This document shows, in pieces, positions 26,513 through 32,033 of a stretch of DNA of 32,033 nt; the stretch's first letter is position 1, and every line of letters begins with the position of its first letter. The notes beneath the pieces are model-generated. The model ran no database searches. It saw only the letters and a list, made by a program, of their open reading frames with translations, and was not told the origin of the DNA. The translations under genes and the position numbers were made by a program. Origin of the DNA: an uncultured Alkalibaculum sp. Lineage in GTDB: Bacteria > Bacillota > Clostridia > Eubacteriales > Alkalibacteraceae. The stretch spans positions 1 to 32,033 of the forward strand of contig CAZVEI010000001.1 in the NCBI GenBank assembly GCA_964626295.1. The letters are read 5' to 3'.

Positions 26513-27626
26513 CTAGTTAAATATCTTCCCCAATCTCGTTTGCGCTACTTCTATTGCCCCTTCTGGACAAAGCTCTTGGCAGCAAAAACAACGGATGCAT
26601 GTTTTTTTATTAAACTCAGGGGCTTTTTTCGGGGCAGATTTCCGCACATCTATTGCAGCCAATGCATTTTTCTAAAATTAATTTTGGATAAGGTGCTAAA
26701 AATCTTCTCATAAATTCGTGAGAGCCTTCTGTGCCTAGATACTCTAGCTTTTTAGCTATACGTTTAAAGTCCTCTATTTTTAGAGATTCTCTCCTTTCCC
26801 CTAAGATTTCAATTTCCTCAAGAAGAACGGCTCCCCAATTAGACTCATAAGCTGCTTTTAGCTGAGGCAATTCTAATGGGTCTTCATAACCTATAAGACT
26901 TGCTGCCACTGCATCTATGGCTGTAAGGCTTGCACCCATAATTACCGTATTCATTTTTCTAGGAGTTCCGTTTCTGGGACCATTACCTTCCATTGCCACG
27001 ATCCCATCCAGTACAGCAAACTTTGTATCTACTAAGGTGTTTAAATCTAAGAGCATTTTTGCAAAGTTCTCAAGATTATTCATGCGAGCATGCCATACAG
27101 CCTTTCTCGTACCAGGCACACAGCCAAATTGATTTTTGACTGCTCCTGTATAATACATCATTGCGTGAGTTTTTAATTTAGGCAAGGATATTAATACATC
27201 AGACTCATAAGCTGCCCTTGCAATATCCCAATTTTTGCACAAAATAGCATCATCTAAGTCTAGGTTGATATGATCGTTAAAATCCACAAAATTAGCCCCA
27301 TATCGATCCCCTACTTCAATTAACCTTGCCTTTTGAGCTGCCTTATGACCACTTCCAAAGCCAGGAGAATCTCCAAAGCTAATGTTTTGTGTGTAGTCAG
27401 AGACGACTCGAAGGAGGGCTTCAAATACGACATAATGAGTTACAACAGGTGAACCTGCCTCTTCTACCATTAAGAGATTTGGCTTTAATAAGACCCTTGC
27501 ATTAAGGGGAATAAGCTTCCGTATAAAAGATTCTCCCCCAAGAAGTTCAAAACCCTCCCTTAGTGTGCTCTCAACAAGACCCAACTCATAATCTGTACAC
27601 TTTAATAAGGCAACTTTTTCTTTCAT
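26513..27626 (-). pseudogene. DUF362 plus 2x[4Fe-4S] protein, frameshifted near the C-terminus
   Basis: KPNL, GDSPG, LPKLKTH, GAVKNQFG and MEGNGP motifs; frame 0 stops at 26616 after CIGCNRCAEICP; the +1 frame continues APEFNKKTCIRCFCCQELCPEGAIEVAQTRLGKIFN to TAG at 26515-26513. Confidence 0.8.
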
Positions 27627-27644
27627 TCATTCTCTCCTCATATT

Positions 27645-27710
27645 AACTGTAGTTGAACCATGGCCCAACAATGGTTGAACAGTGGTTAAACGATTGTTCC
27701 ACTATTGTTT
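27645..27710. repeat. 11-bp palindromic-unit tandem array, copy 3
   Basis: AACTGTAGTTG AACCATGGCCC AACAATGGTTG AACAGTGGTTA AACGATTGTTC CACTATTGTTT. Confidence 0.8.
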
Positions 27711-27717
27711 AATCGTC

Positions 27718-27757
27718 GTAATATATACATTTATATATATATAAATGTATATATTAC
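27718..27757. repeat. Perfect 40-bp AT-rich palindrome
   Basis: GTAATATATACATTTATATA|TATATAAATGTATATATTAC; overlaps the nfo stop codon. Confidence 0.9.
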
Positions 27758-28599
27758 TGTCCTAAACTCATTCCAAGGGTTTTTCTAATGAGTTCAATTT
27801 CCTCTCTATGACCTTCAAGTTCATGTGGTGTTTCTAAGAAGAAGGGAATATGCTTAAGCTTTGGATGTGTCACAATGTTTAGAATTGCTTTTAAACCTAT
27901 ATGACCTTGCCCAATAATTTCATGTCGATCCTTTTTACTCCCTAGAGGGTTTTTACTGTCGTTTAAATGAATGGCCTTCAATTTATCTAGCCCAATAGTT
28001 TTATCTAATTCTTCTATAATTTCATCTAAATTATTGACGACATCATATCCCGCAGAGTATATGTGGCAGGTGTCTAGACAAATACCTAATTTATCATTTA
28101 ATTTGACTCTATCTATAATCTCTTTTACCTCTTCAAAAACGATCCCTATCTCCGTTCCTTTTCCAGACATTAATTCTAATAGAACAGTTGTCGTATGCTC
28201 TTCTCTTAATACTTCATTAAGAATCTGAGCAATAAGTTCAATGCCCTTCTCTGTACCTTGCCCTACATGACTACCTGGGTGAAAGTTATATAAGTGACAA
28301 GGTATATACTCCATCCGATTTAAATCATCTTCAAATACCATTTTTGAAAATTCTCTCGTGCTTTCTGTTGCCGAACTCATATTTAAAGTATAAGGCGCAT
28401 GGGCTAACAATGGACCAAAGTCATTTTCCTCCATTAAAGCCTTACATTTAACCATATCTTCTACATTCAGCTCCTTTGCCTTACTCCCCCTAGGATTTCG
28501 CGTAAAAAACTGAAAGGTATTGGCGCCAATACGAATAGCATCCTTAGTCGCCTCATACATCCCCTTAGAGGTAGATATATGAGGTCCTATATATAACAA
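27754..28599 (-). CDS. nfo: Endonuclease IV
   Basis: [38 protein letters not shown] and LETP. Confidence 0.95.
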   Translation of the reverse strand: MLYIGPHISTSKGMYEATKDAIRIGANTFQFFTRNPRGSKAKELNVEDMVKCKALMEENDFGPLLAHAPYTLNMSSATESTREFSKMVFEDDLNRMEYIPCHLYNFHPGSHVGQGTEKGIELIAQILNEVLREEHTTTVLLELMSGKGTEIGIVFEEVKEIIDRVKLNDKLGICLDTCHIYSAGYDVVNNLDEIIEELDKTIGLDKLKAIHLNDSKNPLGSKKDRHEIIGQGHIGLKAILNIVTHPKLKHIPFFLETPHELEGHREEIELIRKTLGMSLGQ

Positions 28600-28715
28600 T
28601 TGGCATTCTCCTCTCGCTACCCATTTTATAGTTATATTTTATCATTATTAACGTGTATTATCCATGAAAACACAATTACGACTTATACGACACACTTGTG
28701 CTCTTCGCCACCACT

Positions 28716-28762
28716 TAAGACGCACCCTCTAAGAGGGTGCGTCTTAGGGATTTATAATCCCT
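28716..28762. repeat. Tandem GC-rich and AT-loop palindromes (REP-like or IS-end-like)
   Basis: TAAGACGCACCCTCT-A-AGAGGGTGCGTCTTA followed by AGGGATT-TAT-AATCCCT. Confidence 0.7.
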
Positions 28763-28872
28763 GAAAAAATATCGGCATAGTTAGGTATGCATTACCGGCT
28801 ATGGGGAAGTGAGCTATTTTAGTTTTACAATTAAGGAAAAATATGAATTCTTTCAAATTTTTCCTTGATGTC

Positions 28873-28901
28873 TTGACGCAAGGAAAAATATATGCTATGA
28901 T
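28873..28901 (+). promoter_or_regulatory. SigA promoter of the trp operon leader
   Basis: TTGACG, 17 nt, TATGAT with a TGn extended -10. Confidence 0.75.
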
Positions 28902-28922
28902 TCAAATCATATTTAATATATC

Positions 28923-29202
28923 AAACCGTTGAAGCGGAGATAACGGCAATGATGCCTTTACAGAGAGCCTGTGCTGCTGGAAATCAGGTAAGAAACAAGT
29001 TGTCAAATGGACCGCTGAGGGTGCAGTCAAATGTGATTTATCACAAAGTATTCTGCAACGTGTTGGCATACGTCAGTTGCCGGGGATATGTTGGTATCCT
29101 AATAAGTGCATAGGGTCATTCCTATGATTTCAAGGTGGCACCGCGGATAGAATTTTCTTATTCGTCCTTGACAGATAGTATATTTCTGTCAAGGGCTTTT
29201 TT
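28923..29202 (+). ncRNA. T-box riboswitch with Trp (UGG) specifier, controlling the trp operon
   Basis: CAGAGAG and GCTGGAA motifs; AAA-TGG-A specifier (29008-29010); T-box AAGGTGGCACCGCG (29132-29145); terminator GTCCTTGACAGA...TCTGTCAAGGGC then T6. Confidence 0.92.
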
Positions 29203-29259
29203 GTTTTTACTCCTTTGGCAGATTATCAAAGGAGTATTTTTATTGGGAGGTAAACGAAT

Positions 29260-30738
29260 ATGAAAATTTCACCTGTTTTTAGTGAGGTGGGGAAAATTGC
29301 AGCCACCGAAAGATATGATGTAATTCCTGTGAGTTGCGAGATTTTATCGGACTTCACAACACCGATCGAAACAATGAAGATACTGAAAAATGTATCTAAG
29401 AGCTGCTATATGCTGGAATCTGCACAGGCAGATGAAACATGGGGTAGATATACTTTTCTTGGATTTGATCCGAAAATGGAGATCACCTGCATTGATGGAA
29501 TAATTAACAGTGTCTCGGATGCTGGCAAGCTGAAATATGTGACAGGCAATCCATCGGACTATTTACGCAAGGTGTTATCCGAATACAGAAGCCCTCGTTT
29601 TGATTATCTGCCTCCTTTCGCCGGAGGCTTGGTTGGTTACTTTTCATATGATTATCTCGGATATAGTGAGCCGAGCGTAAGAACCAATGCAGAAGACACA
29701 GAAGCTTTCAAGGATGTTGATCTGATGCTATTTGATAAAGTGATTGCATTTGACAATATCCGTCAGAAAATCATTTTGATTGTGAATATGAAACTCGTTG
29801 ATCCCGAAGCGAATTATAATAAAGCGGTATGGGACCTGAAACAACTGATAGATTTACTTCGACACGGAGAAAAGAAGAATGAACCTAGTGGAAAGCTTCT
29901 CGGAGAGGTTACGGCTCTGTTTGATAAAGAACAGTTCTGCGGCATGGTAGAGAAAGCAAAGCACTATATCCGTGAGGGCGATATTTTCCAGATTGTGCTG
30001 TCCAACCGTTTGTCTGCTCCATTTGAAGGCAGTCTATTGAACACTTATCGTATGCTTCGTACAATCAATCCATCACCATATATGTTTTATTTTTCAGGAA
30101 GGGATGTAGAGGTTGCAGGTGCTTCCCCTGAAACTTTGGTTAAGCTGGAAGACGGAGTGCTGCATACCTTCCCACTTGCCGGAACAAGACCGAGAGGTAA
30201 AACCGATGAAGAAGACAAATCATTAGAAGCAGAGCTGCTTGCCGACGAAAAGGAGCTTGCTGAACATAATATGTTGGTTGATTTAGGGCGTAATGACCTC
30301 GGTAAGATCAGCAAATTCGGCACAGTACAGGTCGAAAAACTTCATACCATCGAACGCTTCTCCCACGTCATGCACATCGGCTCCACGGTGCGGGGCGAGA
30401 TAACGGACAAACAAGATGCGCTGGATGCCGTTGAAGCGGTGCTACCCGCAGGAACACTTTCAGGTGCACCAAAGATTCGTGCTTGTCAGCTGATCGGAGA
30501 GCTTGAAAACAACAAGCGTGGTATCTACGGCGGTGCCATCGGATATATCGATTTCACCGGAAATATGGATACCTGCATAGCAATCCGCATCGCTTACAAG
30601 AAAAGCGGCAAGGTGTTTATAAGAAGTGGAGCCGGTATTGTGGCAGATTCTATTTCAGAAAAAGAATATGAAGAATGCCTGAACAAAGCGAAATCTTCTC
30701 TTAAAGCGTTGGAACTTGCACAGGAGGCAGAGTTATGA
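29260..30738 (+). CDS. trpE: Anthranilate synthase component I
   Basis: [55 protein letters not shown] and [10 protein letters not shown]. Confidence 0.96.
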   Translation: MKISPVFSEVGKIAATERYDVIPVSCEILSDFTTPIETMKILKNVSKSCYMLESAQADETWGRYTFLGFDPKMEITCIDGIINSVSDAGKLKYVTGNPSDYLRKVLSEYRSPRFDYLPPFAGGLVGYFSYDYLGYSEPSVRTNAEDTEAFKDVDLMLFDKVIAFDNIRQKIILIVNMKLVDPEANYNKAVWDLKQLIDLLRHGEKKNEPSGKLLGEVTALFDKEQFCGMVEKAKHYIREGDIFQIVLSNRLSAPFEGSLLNTYRMLRTINPSPYMFYFSGRDVEVAGASPETLVKLEDGVLHTFPLAGTRPRGKTDEEDKSLEAELLADEKELAEHNMLVDLGRNDLGKISKFGTVQVEKLHTIERFSHVMHIGSTVRGEITDKQDALDAVEAVLPAGTLSGAPKIRACQLIGELENNKRGIYGGAIGYIDFTGNMDTCIAIRIAYKKSGKVFIRSGAGIVADSISEKEYEECLNKAKSSLKALELAQEAEL

Positions 30739-31304
30739 TCCTACTTATTGATAACTACGACAGTTTTTCTTATAACCTTTATCAGCTCATTGGAGAGATT
30801 GAACCTGATATCGAGGTCATCCGTAATGATGAAATGACGATAGATGAAATTAGAAACCTAAATCCTAACCGTATCATTCTTTCTCCCGGTGCCGGAAGAC
30901 CCGAAGACGCTGGTGTTATTATTGAGACTGTACAGTCACTCGGCAAGGATCTTCCCATTCTTGGCGTGTGTCTCGGTCATCAAGCAATATGCGCTGCGTT
31001 CGGTGCAACCGTTACCTACGCAAAAGAGCTGATGCACGGCAAGCAGTCGGATGTGAAATTTGACACAGCTTGTCCGCTGTTCAAGGGATGCCCGGAAATT
31101 GCCCCAGTCGCCCGTTATCACTCCCTTGCAGCAGATACCAACACGATTCCCGAAGAACTGAAAATAACCGCTCTTACTACTGACGGGGAGATAATGGCGG
31201 TACAACATAACGAGTATCCCATCTATGGCGTACAGTTCCATCCTGAATCCATTATGACGCCGGATGGAAAACAGATGCTTAGAAATTTTATAAAGGAGAT
31301 ATGA
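30735..31304 (+). CDS. trpG: Anthranilate synthase component II (glutamine amidotransferase)
   Basis: IDNYDSF, LSPGAG, GVCLGHQ, RYHSL and QFHPES; ATGA overlap with trpE. Confidence 0.95.
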   Translation: MILLIDNYDSFSYNLYQLIGEIEPDIEVIRNDEMTIDEIRNLNPNRIILSPGAGRPEDAGVIIETVQSLGKDLPILGVCLGHQAICAAFGATVTYAKELMHGKQSDVKFDTACPLFKGCPEIAPVARYHSLAADTNTIPEELKITALTTDGEIMAVQHNEYPIYGVQFHPESIMTPDGKQMLRNFIKEI

Positions 31305-31307
31305 GAT

Positions 31308-32033
31308 ATGATCAAAGAGGCAATCGTAAAGATCGTAAATAAGGAAGACCTTACCTATAATGAGGCATACACCGTTATGAACGAAATCATGAGCGGTCAA
31401 ACAACAGCTACACAGAATGCCGCTTTTCTTGCAGCTCTTTCTACTAAGAGTGCACGGGCAGAGACAACGGATGAGATTGCCGGTTGTGCGGTTGCTATGA
31501 GAGCCCACGCAACAAAGATTGAAACCGGTATGGAGCTTTTTGATATTGTTGGCACTGGCGGTGACAATTCGCACAGCTTTAATATCTCGACCACATCTGC
31601 CCTTGTTGCGGCAGCAGGCGGCATTAAAGTCGCAAAGCACGGTAATAGAGCAGCGTCCTCCCAGTGCGGAACGGCAGATTGTCTTGAAGCCCTAGGTGTA
31701 AACATTCAACAAAGTCCCACAAAATGTATTGAGCTCCTGTACGAGGTCGGTATGTGCTTCTTCTTCGCGCAGAAATACCACGCATCTATGAAGTATGTGG
31801 CTGCTATCCGCAAGGAACTTGGGTTCAGGACTGTATTCAATATTCTGGGACCTCTTACGAACCCCGGTACGCCGTCCATGCAGCTTCTTGGTGTGTATGA
31901 TGATTATCTTGTGGAGCCGTTGGCACAGGTACTAATCAACCTTGGCATCAAACGAGGAATGGTCGTTTACGGTCAGGATAAGCTGGATGAAATATCCATG
32001 AGTGCACCGACTACAATATGTGAAATTCGTGAC
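31308..32033 (+). CDS. trpD: Anthranilate phosphoribosyltransferase, partial (runs off the window)
   Basis: ATG at 31308 after [42 protein letters not shown] and [13 protein letters not shown]. Confidence 0.95.
   Translation, partial: MIKEAIVKIVNKEDLTYNEAYTVMNEIMSGQTTATQNAAFLAALSTKSARAETTDEIAGCAVAMRAHATKIETGMELFDIVGTGGDNSHSFNISTTSALVAAAGGIKVAKHGNRAASSQCGTADCLEALGVNIQQSPTKCIELLYEVGMCFFFAQKYHASMKYVAAIRKELGFRTVFNILGPLTNPGTPSMQLLGVYDDYLVEPLAQVLINLGIKRGMVVYGQDKLDEISMSAPTTICEIRD

Noticed and set aside
11266..27710. Tandem arrays as CRISPR or iteron arrays
   Set aside because: There are no unique spacers, the units are too short, and no cas or rep gene is present
2637..30323. Other short ORFs overlapping rlmB, thyX, the kinase, the ligase, spoIIR, hisS, the AI-2E gene, ispE, addA, addB, DUF362, nfo and trpE
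   Set aside because: They are antisense or alternate-frame overlaps of well-supported genes with no recognisable motifs
30936..31705. 234-aa and 102-aa minus-strand ORFs
   Set aside because: They are antisense shadows of trpG and trpD

Overview
Core-chromosome segment of an AT-rich, spore-forming clostridial Firmicute (spoIIR and sigH present; the taxon is inferred). Almost all genes from 1 to 28.6 kb lie on the minus strand. In transcription order: nfo, a frameshifted DUF362/ferredoxin gene, addB, addA, ispE, a GntR regulator, lspA (plus strand), an AI-2E transporter, tyrS, hisS, a THUMP methyltransferase, a small membrane ORF, spoIIR, iorA, iorB, an aryl-acetate-CoA ligase, an orphan AgrC-like kinase, thyX, rlmB, yacP, sigH, tRNA-Tyr, tRNA-Thr and the 5' end of tuf. 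From about 28.9 kb a T-box-controlled, visibly GC-richer trpE-trpG-trpD operon runs on the plus strand. Two things stand out. (1) A Trp-specifier T-box sits between iorAB and the PaaK-like ligase, which suggests a Trp-starvation-induced route from indole-3-acetate to tryptophan by reductive carboxylation. (2) Most backbone intergenic regions hold members of a repeat system: 7-, 8- and 11-bp tandem arrays, often arranged as inverted arms around REP-like hairpins (once around lspA), plus a three-copy ~110-bp element with competing pairings. No transposase, integrase or CRISPR array was seen.
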